From assembly GCA_965207735.1 (NCBI GenBank), contig OZ242296.1, positions 640,001-704,000 of the forward strand: a stretch of 64,000 bases of DNA, read 5' to 3'. The position numbers were made by a program, and so were the translations under genes. Source of the DNA: Candidatus Versatilivorator sp. GTDB taxonomy: Bacteria; Acidobacteriota; Terriglobia; Versatilivoradales; Versatilivoraceae. Below the pieces are notes generated by a model, which saw only the letters and a list, made by a program, of their open reading frames with translations, was not told the DNA's origin and made no database searches. Of the stretch, positions 50,435 to 60,963 are shown piece by piece (the first letter of the stretch is position 1; each line of letters starts with the position of its first letter).

Positions 50435-51802
50435 ATGCCGACACAGTGTAACACCAAACCCCTGGAGTTTGAACCCCACGGCCGCCGCCGCGTGGTGGCT
50501 GATTTCGACGGCGGTCCCATCACTTCCGATGCCGGCTCCCTGCTGTTGCGCCGGGTGGATCGGGGCTTATCTCTCTCCGACCAGGTGGCCGACTGTTTCA
50601 CCGATCACCGCGACCCCAAGCGGACCCAATACAGCCTGCGCACCCTCATCGCTCAGCGCATCCGTGGCATCGCCCTCGGCTACGAGGATCTCATCGACCA
50701 CGACCAACTCCGTCACGATCCCCTCATGGCCTTGTTTTCAGAGAAAGGCCGTCGTGGCGACTCGCCTCCCCTGGCAGGCAAGAGCACCCTCAACCGACTC
50801 GAACACGCCCCCACCCAAGGCCCCACCCGCTACCACAAGATTGACCACGACCCCGAGGCCTTGCAAGCCCTCCTGGTGAAACTGTTTCTGCAAGCCCATC
50901 CCCAACCCCCCGATGAGATCATCCTCGACCTCGACGCCACTGACGATCCCCTCCACGGGGAACAAGAGGACCGCTTCTTCCACGGCTACTACCGAGGCTA
51001 CTGCTACCTGCCCCTCTACATCTTCTCGGGCCGCCATCTGCTCTCGGCCCTGCTCAGACCCGCCAACATCGATGCCTCCGCCGGCGCTCTGGAGCAGGTC
51101 CAGCGCATCGTCTCCCGCCTACGGCGTGTCTGGCCTCAGGTCAAGATCCTGCTGCGGGCCGACTCCGGCTTTGCCCGTGAGGAGCTGATGGGGTGGTGTG
51201 AGCAGCATCAGGTCGACTATCTCTTCGGCCTGGCCCGCAACTCCCGCCTCCAAGACGCCATCGCCCCCGAGTTGGCTCAGGCCCAGGCCCTCTCAGACCA
51301 GCAACAGCAGCCCGCCCGGATCTTCACCGACCTCTCCTACCGCACTCACAAGAGCTGGTCCCACGAGCGCCGCCTGGTCGCCAAAGCCGAGGTCCTGCCC
51401 CGCGGCCCCAACCCCCGCTTCGTCGTCACCTCTCTGTCGGTCCAGGACTACCCCGCCCAGTTCCTCTATGAGAAGATCTACTGTGCCCGCGGTGAGATGG
51501 AAAACCGCATCAAGGAGCAGCAACTCGACCTGTTTGCCGATCGCACCTCCACCCACTCCTTCCGGGCGAATCAGCTCCGGCTCCTGATGACCTCTTTCGC
51601 CTATGTGCTGGTGGAGGGCTTGCGCCGGCGGGCGCTGCAATCCACCTGCCTGGCCCGGGCCACCGTCGGTTCCATCAGACTCAAACTGCTCAAGATCGGC
51701 GCTCAGGTCACCATCTCGGTCCGTCGCATCAAGGTCGCCATGGCTTCCGGATGTCCTTACCAGAGGGAGTTCCGCATCGCTTGGGCTCACCTGCCGCCCT
51801 GA
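50435..51802 (+). CDS. IS1380-family transposase
   Basis: DFDGGPITSDAG, LDLDATDD, RADSGF, RGEMENRIKE. Confidence 0.95.
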   Translation: MPTQCNTKPLEFEPHGRRRVVADFDGGPITSDAGSLLLRRVDRGLSLSDQVADCFTDHRDPKRTQYSLRTLIAQRIRGIALGYEDLIDHDQLRHDPLMALFSEKGRRGDSPPLAGKSTLNRLEHAPTQGPTRYHKIDHDPEALQALLVKLFLQAHPQPPDEIILDLDATDDPLHGEQEDRFFHGYYRGYCYLPLYIFSGRHLLSALLRPANIDASAGALEQVQRIVSRLRRVWPQVKILLRADSGFAREELMGWCEQHQVDYLFGLARNSRLQDAIAPELAQAQALSDQQQQPARIFTDLSYRTHKSWSHERRLVAKAEVLPRGPNPRFVVTSLSVQDYPAQFLYEKIYCARGEMENRIKEQQLDLFADRTSTHSFRANQLRLLMTSFAYVLVEGLRRRALQSTCLARATVGSIRLKLLKIGAQVTISVRRIKVAMASGCPYQREFRIAWAHLPP

Positions 51803-52024
51803 GGTGCCCTGACCCGACCGTCACTCCTGGCCCTTGAAGACGCGGCCACCAGGCCCGATGGCAGAGGTGTCGCTGTTTTCGAGGGAAAATGCCGCCTGAG
51901 GTTCCTCGGAGAGCCTCAGAAGCCTCCGCTGTTGGCCTTTGCCTACCGATCCAGCCACCAACGTTGTTAAACTCGGCCTCAAATGCCTCCATGGCCCCTT
52001 TTACCGCTCCTGTGCGAACTCTGG

Positions 52025-52893
52025 GTAGAGTCGAGGACTGGCGCGTTGACTATAGGGTCCGGTGGCTATTCCGTCGCTTTCGCTTCGGGCCTCAGTCCGG
52101 CTCCCTTATCACGTTTCCAGTCCCCGCTCTCCGAACCGGACGTGCGGTTTTCCCGCATCTCGGCTCTCCAGTGGGATCATGCGTCTCGCACACAGGTCCC
52201 CGCTCGCATCCGTGGACGACTCCTATGGGATTGGCACCCGTCCCCCACTCCATCCACTTCCGCTCCCGGGTTGCCGCCAGGCCTGTTGATGCCCTGACGA
52301 CGCCGTCCTCCTCCGACGACCCTTTCACTTTTGCATGTGATGCTTCCGGAGTCTCCGGCCCTTTTTTGGTCGGGGTTTCAGGCTTTCGCCACTCCCGGGA
52401 CCCTTCCCCCTTCGGTCACCGCTCCTCACCTGAGGCCCCTTCCCTCCACCGGTATTACCCGGCTTCTCCGGTACTACAGGCCTCTCCGCCACCCTGTCGG
52501 CCTAGACTGACTCTCGCGAGCTTCCGGTTCGGTGCGTGCCTCACCACCCACAGGGCTTCCCATGTTGCTGCCTTCTTCCCCTTCCATGCGTGCCAGCGCC
52601 ACTACCCCGGCGGGTCCAAAGGGGTGCCCGCGTCGCTCGCTTCCCCCTCCGTCTTCGGCCTTCCCCATTTCTCAGGTGGGTCGGCCCCCGCATTGCCCGT
52701 TTCGAGGCCTGCTCGACGTTCACTCGCGTTCCGGCCCGCATGCTCGCTGAACCGCCTTAAGCGGCCCTTTGACACCAGAGGGCTTCAGACCATATCGTTA
52801 CCTCCATGATCCGCCCTGGCTGCTACCAACCGGAGCGACAGTTGTTGGACGGGTTTCGCACCCGTTGGAAGAAGGCGCCTTTCCATGGCGCAC
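52025..52893 (-). ncRNA. ORF-less group II intron copy 2 (869 nt)
   Basis: Reverse complement of 37224-38092; identical translations in the ORF track. Confidence 0.92.
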
Positions 52894-52906
52894 TGAGAAA
52901 TGCGGG

Positions 52907-54509
52907 CTAGCCAGGGGATTGCGGAAAAAGCGCGGTTGAGGCTCAGAAGACCTTCAGCCAACAGGCCGGAGGTCCAACCGAGCAGCCAGGCGGTCTGCGG
53001 GGACAGACCGGCCCAGGCCAGATAGGAAAATCCCAAGGGTATGATCATGGCGACCAGGGGAATGACCAGCACATTGAGGAAGATCACGGGCAGCACCACC
53101 CGGTGGAAATAGACCGTTAGCGGAATCAGGAGCACCGCCTGAATGGCGATGGAAACCAGGAAAATATCCACAAGGCCCAAGGCGAGCTTGTAGGGCCAGG
53201 CAATCAGACCGAGGCGGATGGCCGGTCGAGTAATGCCCACAAACTCCCCCAATCTGGAGCCGCGGAGTCGCAAGCCAACCCGCCAGGCGGCCAGTCGGGG
53301 GGGGAAGTTGCGATCCAGATGGACGGATTCCAAAGACCCGAGAGCCTCCTTGTAAGGCTGAGTGGTGCGGCGCAGCAGAGGAAGGCCCATCGCGGCGATC
53401 GCCAGCGCGGCCGAGAAGGAGAGCTGGAACCCCGAGTCGTGCAGCCATCCGGGATTTTTCAGGAGAATCCACCAGGCCGCCAGGCACAAAGAGTGAAGCA
53501 GGTTGCGGTCCCGGTCGAAATAGAGAGCCGTCAGGAACAGACAACCCATGACCGAGGCTCGTTCAATGGCAACCTGTCCCTCGGCCACCAGGTTGTAAAG
53601 GGCGATCGCTCCCATGGTCAAGGTCAGGACCAACCAGCGTGGAAGCCCCAGTCGTTTGAGCAAGGCAAAGACCATGGCAATCATCATCCCGACATGCAGT
53701 CCCGAAACCACCAGTACGTGGTAGAGTCCGTTCAGTCGAAAACGGGACTCGGTTTCCTCCCCAAGGTCGCTGTCGTCTCCGAGCAGGACGGCTTTCAGAA
53801 CGGCCCTGGCCGGGTCGGATGCCGGAAGCGCATCCAGTGCACGAAAACAGCCTTGTCGCATGCGGTTGCCAAGAGCCTGCCAGGACCATTCCTCTTGCCG
53901 GGTGAGACAGGTCAGCAGGAGCGGATCCTTCAAATTTCCAGTCAGGAAGATGCCCCGAAGTTCCAGGTAGGACCGGTAGTCGAACTGCCCCGGATTGTTG
54001 AAATTCTCCGGTCTTCGAAGATAGGCAAGGAACTCGACCCGGTCGCCCGCCTGCGGGGGTGGCGAAGAGTCCAGAGCAATGTCCGGCGAGTTGAGGTGAA
54101 GCCGGATCTTTCCACGGGTCTCAAAGCCTGCGAACCGGTTTGCCAGGTGGTGGACTTCCACCTCCAGTCGGATGCCGTGGCCCTTTCCTTCCGAAACTCG
54201 AGCGCAAATTCCCCTCACCCGACAGGGAGCCGTCAGGTCAAGCGCATCGGATCGGACCAGGGTTCGAAGGTGGTTGGGATCGAACTGGAGTTGGTGGATG
54301 GATGTCCAGGCCAATCCCGACAGGCCAAAGGCCAGGAGCAGGACGATCCGGCAGCTCCAGTCTCTGTCCTTGACCCAGAGAATCCATGAGAGGCACAGCG
54401 CCAGAGCACCGGCAGCCCATAGGAATTCCGGGGAGCTGGTGACCTGGGCATGAGCGGCAACACCCAGGCAGAAAGCCACCGTCGGCAACAGAAGTGGAGT
54501 GTGCAACAT
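52907..54509 (-). pseudogene. comEC: ComEC/Rec2 5' part (DUF4131 + competence domain)
   Basis: NPGQFDY, HVLVVSGLHVG, GFQLSF; rejoins the 3' part in frame as IPWL-GFSLP across the CTAG. Confidence 0.9.
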
Positions 54510-54660
54510 CCCTGAGATTTGCCGGATCGTGCTGTCTGGGAGAGGGAGGACCCCGGGGGACAGCCGCGAGAGAATTTTGCTATGATCGGCTCAGGCACCG
54601 GCAGCCAATCCGGAGGCCCGGCCGCCCGATCGGTTCGGGTCCAACGAGGGAGGAGGGTCT

Positions 54661-55077
54661 ATTTCACACCGAGTCACCAAGCACATCGATTTCTGCTACG
54701 GCCACCGCCTGCTCAACTACGAGGGAAAATGTCGCCATCTCCACGGCCACAACGGCAGAGTTGAAGTGGAGGTTGTCAGCCGGCATCTCGACCACCGCGG
54801 CATGGTGGTGGATTTTGGCGACATCAACCAGGTCATCAAGACCTGGATCGATGCCGAACTGGATCACAAGATGCTTCTGCATCGGGAGGATCCCCTGGTC
54901 GCCGTGCTTCGCGAGCATCGACAACCCTGTTACCTGATGGACGCCAACCCCACTGCCGAGAACATCGCCAAGGTCATCTACGACTATGCGCATACCCAAG
55001 GACTGCAGGTGGCGGAAGTCAGGCTCTGGGAAACGCCCAATTCCTTCGCTTCCTATTTTCGACCGTCGACGCCTTGA
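54661..55077 (+). CDS. queD: 6-carboxytetrahydropterin synthase QueD with an apparent ATT start
   Basis: RVTKHIDFCYGHRL..CRHLHGHN..MVVDF..LDH..NPTAENIA..WET; GGAGG RBS before ATT. Confidence 0.85.
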   Translation: MSHRVTKHIDFCYGHRLLNYEGKCRHLHGHNGRVEVEVVSRHLDHRGMVVDFGDINQVIKTWIDAELDHKMLLHREDPLVAVLREHRQPCYLMDANPTAENIAKVIYDYAHTQGLQVAEVRLWETPNSFASYFRPSTP

Positions 55078-55139
55078 GGTTGGGGAACTGAACCAATAAC
55101 ACCTTGCCCTTGAATATTCAGTGACCCGGAGGGTGCGGG

Positions 55140-56432
55140 CTACGGCTGCAGGAGATCGATCTTCGGAAAGAGCACTCCGGAAAAGGCCAGCCAAGCTGCC
55201 AGCAGGGTGAGCGCAATGTTCAGCGTCTGACCGGACCAGTAGAGCAGCAACGGACGGCCCCCGGCCATCTGTCGCGTCAGTGCGCGAAAGTTGGAATCCA
55301 GACCGATACAAAGGAATGCCAGGCAGAACAGCCAGGTACGGATCGCCTTGGATGCCTGCAGGGACCGGTCGACCGGCTCGGATCCCAGCAAGGGTACCAG
55401 CACCAGCGAGACCACACAGGAGGCCGCGATGAAACCCAGGACGAACTTGGGAAACCGATTCCAGATTTCCATTGCTCCGGGTCGCGCTCCCTCATTGGGC
55501 TCCACGCGTGTGACCCAGTAGAGGGCGATCAAGAGGGCTACCAGGCCGATGGAAGCGTTTTGAATCATCTTGATCACCGCGGCCGTCTGCATGGCCTGAT
55601 CGCCCAACATCTGTCCGGCGGCCACCACCGCGCCGGTGGAGTCGATGGTCCCACCCAGCCAGGCGCCGGCCACAATCCTGTCCAGGCCCATCCAGCGGCA
55701 GACCAGCGGCATGAATACCATCATCAGAACGGTGAAGATCAATGTCATGGCCACGGCCAGGGTCAGCTCCTCTTTCTTGGCCTTGCTGGCTCCGGCCGCG
55801 GCAATGGCGGCGGAGACTCCACAGACTGAAGTGGCCGCGGCGATGGTGACGGTGAAGGACGGCGCCAGTTTCAGTCGGCGGTAACCGAACCAGAACATGG
55901 AAATCAGGACGACGGGAGTCACTCCCCAGGCTACGATGATCCCGTACCGGCCGAGAGCGAGGATGTTGCCGAAAACGATCTCGGCGCCCAGAATCACCAG
56001 CCCGGTCTTGATGAAGAGTTCCGAGCGCACCGCGGGTTTCAACCAGCCGGGAACTCCCAGCAGATTGCTCCAGGCCAGTCCGATCAGAAGCGCCCACAGG
56101 GCATAGCTCAGGCCGTAAGCCGCCAGGGTACGGTTCCCGGCGACCAGAAAACTGAGAAGGGCCAGGCAGAAGAGGATTGGGAAGCCGACCGCGAAACGGC
56201 TGGCTTGGCGGTGGATGGCCCCCACTGCCAGGAGACTCAATCCTCCAAGCCCAATCATCAAAAGGAGCAATGGCGCCGCCTGTGCCGAGGCCAGGACCTC
56301 ACCGAGCGTCGACCACTTGGGGATTTCGGGAACCCCCGAGACCACTCCCAGAAATACCGACCCCAACAGCAGGAATCCAATCCAGACGGCCCACCAGTCC
56401 TCAAGAGTAACCAGCTTTTTCCAGCTCCCCAT
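55140..56432 (-). CDS. YeiH/putative sulfate exporter family transporter
   Basis: EDWWAV, SVCGVSAAIA, GGTIDSTGAV; multiple TM segments. Confidence 0.85.
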   Translation of the reverse strand: MGSWKKLVTLEDWWAVWIGFLLLGSVFLGVVSGVPEIPKWSTLGEVLASAQAAPLLLLMIGLGGLSLLAVGAIHRQASRFAVGFPILFCLALLSFLVAGNRTLAAYGLSYALWALLIGLAWSNLLGVPGWLKPAVRSELFIKTGLVILGAEIVFGNILALGRYGIIVAWGVTPVVLISMFWFGYRRLKLAPSFTVTIAAATSVCGVSAAIAAAGASKAKKEELTLAVAMTLIFTVLMMVFMPLVCRWMGLDRIVAGAWLGGTIDSTGAVVAAGQMLGDQAMQTAAVIKMIQNASIGLVALLIALYWVTRVEPNEGARPGAMEIWNRFPKFVLGFIAASCVVSLVLVPLLGSEPVDRSLQASKAIRTWLFCLAFLCIGLDSNFRALTRQMAGGRPLLLYWSGQTLNIALTLLAAWLAFSGVLFPKIDLLQP

Positions 56433-56435
56433 GGG

Positions 56436-57236
56436 TTACTCCATCTTGGGTTTGGGTCCGTAGTGGTTGAAAGAGGGAATCAGCGGACCGGCGGTAATGC
56501 CGCCATCGACCGAAATCACCTGGCCGGTGATCCAATCGGTATCGGGACTGGCCAGAAACACTGCCGTTCTAGCGACGTCGTGGGGTGTCCCGAATCGGCC
56601 TAGCGGAGTGTATTGCATCCAGGCCTTGTAGAGCGCCGAGTCCGTGGCAGGCGGAGGGTCCTTGGGAACCGGGACGGCTCCCGGGGCAATGCAGTTGATC
56701 TGGATATTCCATTCGGACAGGTCAAAGGCTGCCCCTCGGGTAAAGTTGATGATGCCGGCCTTGGTGGCTTCGTAGAGCGATCCCTGATGCGTGCCGCCGA
56801 GGCCGTGGACGGAAGACATGGTCACGATCTTGCCGCGCCCCCGCGCGGCCATGAGCCGGGCTCCTTCTCTGACTGTCAGGTAGGTGCCGATCAGATTGGT
56901 CCGAATGACCCGCTCAAAATCGTCAAGGGTGGAATCGAGCAGTGGTCTGGAAACTCCGATCCCCGCGTTGGCCACCAGGATATCCACACGGCCGAAACGG
57001 TCCCGGGTGGCTTCGAACAAGCTCTTCACCTGGGCTTCGTCCGAGACGTCGGTGCTAACGACTTCGGCCCGGCGGCCCAGGGCGGTCACCTTGGACGCCG
57101 TCTTCTCCGCTTCCGCCCGGTCGCTACGATAGACCACCACGCAGTCTGCGCCCTCGGCGGCGAAAGCCTCGCAGATGCCGGTTCCCAGGCCGCCGGAGGC
57201 GCCGGTCACTACAGCCACCTTGTTCTTGAGTCGCAT
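56436..57236 (-). CDS. Short-chain dehydrogenase/reductase
   Basis: TGASGGLG, NAG, YEATK. Confidence 0.93.
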   Translation of the reverse strand: MRLKNKVAVVTGASGGLGTGICEAFAAEGADCVVVYRSDRAEAEKTASKVTALGRRAEVVSTDVSDEAQVKSLFEATRDRFGRVDILVANAGIGVSRPLLDSTLDDFERVIRTNLIGTYLTVREGARLMAARGRGKIVTMSSVHGLGGTHQGSLYEATKAGIINFTRGAAFDLSEWNIQINCIAPGAVPVPKDPPPATDSALYKAWMQYTPLGRFGTPHDVARTAVFLASPDTDWITGQVISVDGGITAGPLIPSFNHYGPKPKME

Positions 57237-57251
57237 CCTGCCTCCTTAAAT

Positions 57252-58154
57252 TCAGGTCTGGCCGATCCAGGAAGCCTCCGCCACCTCTTTCCAGCGCTTG
57301 CGGATCGCCACGAATTGACGGGAGGGCAGGGGACCGGCTTCGAGCAGGGTGGCGTTTTGCCGCCACCGTCCCGGCGTCAGCGTTCCCACGATGGCCGTAT
57401 GTACGCCCGGGGCGCTCAGGGTGAAGCGCAGCGCCGTCGAAATGGAAGTATCCAGGGAGTCTTTGATGAAGGGATAGTCCAGCCGCTGCAAGCGATCCCA
57501 GTAGGTATGGTGATAGGAATTCACCGGCTTCCGTCCGATTCTCCAGGCCGCATTGGCCAGGGGCCGCTTGGCGATTACGCCGAGCGGTTGCTCGCGTGCC
57601 AGGGGAAGGGCCAGGTCCAGCGCTTCCTGATCGGCGATGCTGATGGAAGTCTGCAAGCAATCGAAGGCTCGGCATTGGGCGGCGAAATAGGCTGCCCGGC
57701 TGTCGCCGCTATAGCCGATGTAGCGGCAATAGCCGCGCTCCCGGGCTCGCTGCAAGGTCTCGATCACCGTTCCCTTGAGCAGTTCCTCTTCGGAACAACT
57801 GTGCAGCTGGATCAGATCCAGCCTGTCGGTCCGCAGTCGCCGCAGGCTGCGTTGGATACTGCGCAACAAGGAGTCCGGCCGCCAGTCTTCTTCCGGCATT
57901 CCGTCCGGATGGCCGCACTTGGTGAACAGGTAGAAATCCCGGCGGCGTCCCGAAACGGCCCGTCCGATAAGCTCCTCGCTGGCTCCGTAGCACTCGCCGG
58001 TGTCGATCAGATTCAATCCCTCGTCCAAAGCGGCATTGAGCAGGCGGGTCACCGTGCTCAAGGATGCCCCGGGACCTTCCAGGCCGATTTCGGCGCCCCC
58101 GAAACCGAGGATGCTGACCTCCATGTCGGTATTGCCCAGTCGTCTGGTTTCCAT
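57252..58154 (-). CDS. Aldo/keto reductase
   Basis: LGFGG, IDTGECYG, TKCG, SLRRLRTDRLDLIQLH. Confidence 0.92.
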   Translation of the reverse strand: METRRLGNTDMEVSILGFGGAEIGLEGPGASLSTVTRLLNAALDEGLNLIDTGECYGASEELIGRAVSGRRRDFYLFTKCGHPDGMPEEDWRPDSLLRSIQRSLRRLRTDRLDLIQLHSCSEEELLKGTVIETLQRARERGYCRYIGYSGDSRAAYFAAQCRAFDCLQTSISIADQEALDLALPLAREQPLGVIAKRPLANAAWRIGRKPVNSYHHTYWDRLQRLDYPFIKDSLDTSISTALRFTLSAPGVHTAIVGTLTPGRWRQNATLLEAGPLPSRQFVAIRKRWKEVAEASWIGQT

Positions 58155-58260
58155 TTCCTCTCCTCATCCCGCCAAGGTTTGAATAGGCTATCACAAGGCC
58201 CGGAACCCTGAGGATCGGGAATTCGGGGTCGTGTGTCCCGGAGAACTCCGTCAGGTCGAC

Positions 58261-60237
58261 TCAGCCGCTGAGCAAAAGCGTTTCTGCCAGCTCCAGCGAT
58301 TCCGGGGTCCCGTAGAGCACCAGAACATCGTCTTGCTTCAACACCGTGTCGGCGGTCGGCTGACGCCCGACGATCCCTTGCCGGCGGATTGCGGTGATCA
58401 GAACTCCCGAATCGGGCAGGCGCAGTTCCGACAGCGAGCGATCCACCGCGGCGGCACCCTCCGGGAGGGTCACGGTCTGCAGTTGTTCCCGAAAGGCATG
58501 GGACTCGTCCAGCACTTGGGCGTCTTCCTTGCGGAAGATATTGCGGAGCATGGTATAGCGGTGGCCCCTGATGTTGGCCACTTTGTGCACAATTCGGGAG
58601 ATGGGCACGTTCAGCAGAAGCAATAGGTGGGAAGCCAGCATCAGCGCGGCTTCCAGGGACTCCGGGACGATTTCGGTGGCGCCGGCTTTCTGAAGGCTGT
58701 CCAGTTCCGTATCGTCACGTGTGCGAACCAGGACCGGGACCTCCGGACATCGCTCCTTTGCCGTCCTGACGATCTTGAGAGCGCCCAGGCTGTCGGGGAC
58801 GCTGATTACCACAACGCTGGCATTGACCAGGCCGACGCTCTCCAGGACATCCCGTTGAGAGGCATCGCCATAGTGAACGGGGTCGCCCGCTTGCCGGGCC
58901 ACGCTCACTCGGTAGGGATCGAGATCCAGGGCAATGTACTCGAACCCCTCCTGCTCGAGGATGCGGGCCAGGTTCTGGCCCACCCTGCCGTAACCGCAGA
59001 TAATGACGTGGCGCCGTTTGGCTACCGCCAGGGTGGCATCGCGTTGGAGGGCCAATCGATGGGGTTCGGAATCTTTTCCGGAAACAAGCCATTCGGCTAT
59101 GGTCCGATTGTGACGGATCAACAGGGGACTCAGGACCATGCTGATGACCACGCCCGCCAGCAGCGCCTGGGCGATGGCCGGGTCCAGCACCTTCTCCTGC
59201 AGTGCCAGCGCCAACAGCGCGATGCCGAATTCGCCCCCTTGAGCCAGAACCAGTCCCGCCCGAAGCGACGCCTGCCAACTACCGAGGAAAAAACGGGATA
59301 ACATCATTATAATCAGTCCTTTTACAAGTCCAAGAGCCAATACCAGCAAGCTCACCAAGGCAACTTGGTCGGCAAGAACTGAAAAATCCAGCAGGGTCCC
59401 GATGACGATGAAAAACAAGCCGAGCAGGACGTCCCGAAAGGGCCGAATGTCGGCTTCAACCTGGTGGCGATACTCGGTCTCGGACAGCATCAGGCCGGCA
59501 AGGAATCCTCCGACGGCAAGCGACATCCCGACGGCATGCATGAACCATGCCGCTCCCAGTACAATCAACAACAGGGCCAGGGTGAAGAGCTCGGGGCTGC
59601 GCCGATGGGCGACTTCGTGGAAGAGAGGCCGCAGCAACCGGTGGCCCACCGCCAAGACGATGACCAGCGCCGCTATGGCTTCCACCAACGCCAACAGGAT
59701 CTGGACGGATAATAATTGATCGCCCTGGGCAGCCAGGGAGATCAGGATGAGGAAGACGATGACCGCCATATCCTGGAACAGGAGAGTAGCTACCGCACAG
59801 CGGCCGTGGCTTTGATCCAGCTCCAGTTGCTCACGGAGTTGCTTGATCACGATCACGGTCGAGGACATGGCCACCGCGCCTCCCAGGATGACTGCCGAGG
59901 GCAGTGGGACCGCCGCCCAGGAGGCCGTCGCCGCGGCCACAAAGGATGTCACCAGAACCTGGGCTCCCCCCAGTCCGACCATTTGCCAGCGCATGGCGGC
60001 CAATCGGGGCAAGGAGAATTCGAGCCCCAGGGTAAAGAGCAGGAAAACGACCCCGAACTCCGCCAGAAAACTCGTTTCGCCAGTAGTGGAAAACAGTCCA
60101 AACGCCCGGGGACCCAGGAGCATGCCCACCAGGATGTATCCCGGCGCCGGCGGAAGCTCCAGACGCCTGAACACCGTCACCACCAACACGGCCGACGCAA
60201 GCAGCAAAAGAATGTTCGCCAGGCTCAATTCATTCAT
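58261..60237 (-). CDS. CPA2 cation:proton antiporter with TrkA-N/TrkA-C domains
   Basis: AEFGVVFLLFTLGLE, LFQD, QGGEF, CGYGRVG. Confidence 0.92.
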   Translation of the reverse strand: MNELSLANILLLLASAVLVVTVFRRLELPPAPGYILVGMLLGPRAFGLFSTTGETSFLAEFGVVFLLFTLGLEFSLPRLAAMRWQMVGLGGAQVLVTSFVAAATASWAAVPLPSAVILGGAVAMSSTVIVIKQLREQLELDQSHGRCAVATLLFQDMAVIVFLILISLAAQGDQLLSVQILLALVEAIAALVIVLAVGHRLLRPLFHEVAHRRSPELFTLALLLIVLGAAWFMHAVGMSLAVGGFLAGLMLSETEYRHQVEADIRPFRDVLLGLFFIVIGTLLDFSVLADQVALVSLLVLALGLVKGLIIMMLSRFFLGSWQASLRAGLVLAQGGEFGIALLALALQEKVLDPAIAQALLAGVVISMVLSPLLIRHNRTIAEWLVSGKDSEPHRLALQRDATLAVAKRRHVIICGYGRVGQNLARILEQEGFEYIALDLDPYRVSVARQAGDPVHYGDASQRDVLESVGLVNASVVVISVPDSLGALKIVRTAKERCPEVPVLVRTRDDTELDSLQKAGATEIVPESLEAALMLASHLLLLLNVPISRIVHKVANIRGHRYTMLRNIFRKEDAQVLDESHAFREQLQTVTLPEGAAAVDRSLSELRLPDSGVLITAIRRQGIVGRQPTADTVLKQDDVLVLYGTPESLELAETLLLSG

Positions 60238-60519
60238 GGTTCAAGGCGGATTTCGAAATCTGCAGGCATGTGGTCTCGGAGCACAGCCTGGAGCGAGGCC
60301 TGCCGGATCCTAGGTCCGCCAATCAACGAAGGGGAAAAAGACTCCCACCAAGGGGCACGTAGAAGCGCACAGGAAGACGAAGGGACTGATTGAGGGTTTG
60401 ACTGTTGGAGGAGTCGGTGGGTTCAAAGGGACATGACTCGGCATGGCAGGACTCGATCGCCTGCAAAGAATCGCTGCAGCCGGGGGGCGGCCGTCACCAG
60501 ACTCGATGGGGACAATTTC

Positions 60520-60660
60520 CTAACGGTCCCGGAAACCTGTGGATCGAATGCGTCGAAACACCCAATAGGCGACCAACACCAGCCCTGCTGCCAGAACCCA
60601 TTCGAAGTGAGCGTGAGGAATGTCATTGAGCGCGTGCGCCGTTAGAATCAGGGCCTTCAT
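60520..60660 (-). CDS. Putative 46-aa single-pass membrane peptide (not in the ORF track)
   Basis: MKALILTAHALNDIPHAHFEWVLAAGLVLVAYWVFRRIRSTGFRDR; GGAG upstream; TATAAT at 60705-60710 (minus strand). Confidence 0.45.
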   Translation of the reverse strand: MKALILTAHALNDIPHAHFEWVLAAGLVLVAYWVFRRIRSTGFRDR

Positions 60661-60963
60661 GGTTTGGTTTTCTCCGTTCTTCAAGTGAACCCGACCGAAA
60701 ACCCATTATATATCGAGTTACAGTGGAAAGGGTTCATACCATTTTGGGTGGCTGTGAAAGACGCGCTTCAGAAAGAGTGGTCGTTTCCGGTCCTCCAGGC
60801 AGAACGGCCGATAAGATATCTTATGTAAACTTTTATTAAAACGCGCAGACAGTGGGGTCAGCCGGGGAATTTTCGGGGAATCCGGGTTCCCTGCCGAGCG
60901 GGTCAGGTACCTCGCGAGAAGATGCTGGAGATTAATCGACTTCGATAATGTATCCATCCACCC

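Larger units (their letters stand above)
50340..52906 (+). mobile_element. IS1380-family element (1698 bp plus an 869-nt intron in its right IR)
   Basis: IRL CCCGCATTTCTCACCAGAG; IRR is restored when the intron is removed; CTAG duplication (50336-50339, 52907-52910). Confidence 0.92.

Noticed and set aside
38093-52024. Inversion between the two inverted intron copies
   Set aside because: The comEC halves and the IS1380 CTAG duplication are collinear, so the present orientation appears ancestral.
24393-58211. Many long antisense ORFs (e.g. 24393-26264, 38102-39625, 56613-58211)
   Set aside because: Shadow frames opposite well-supported genes in high-GC DNA.
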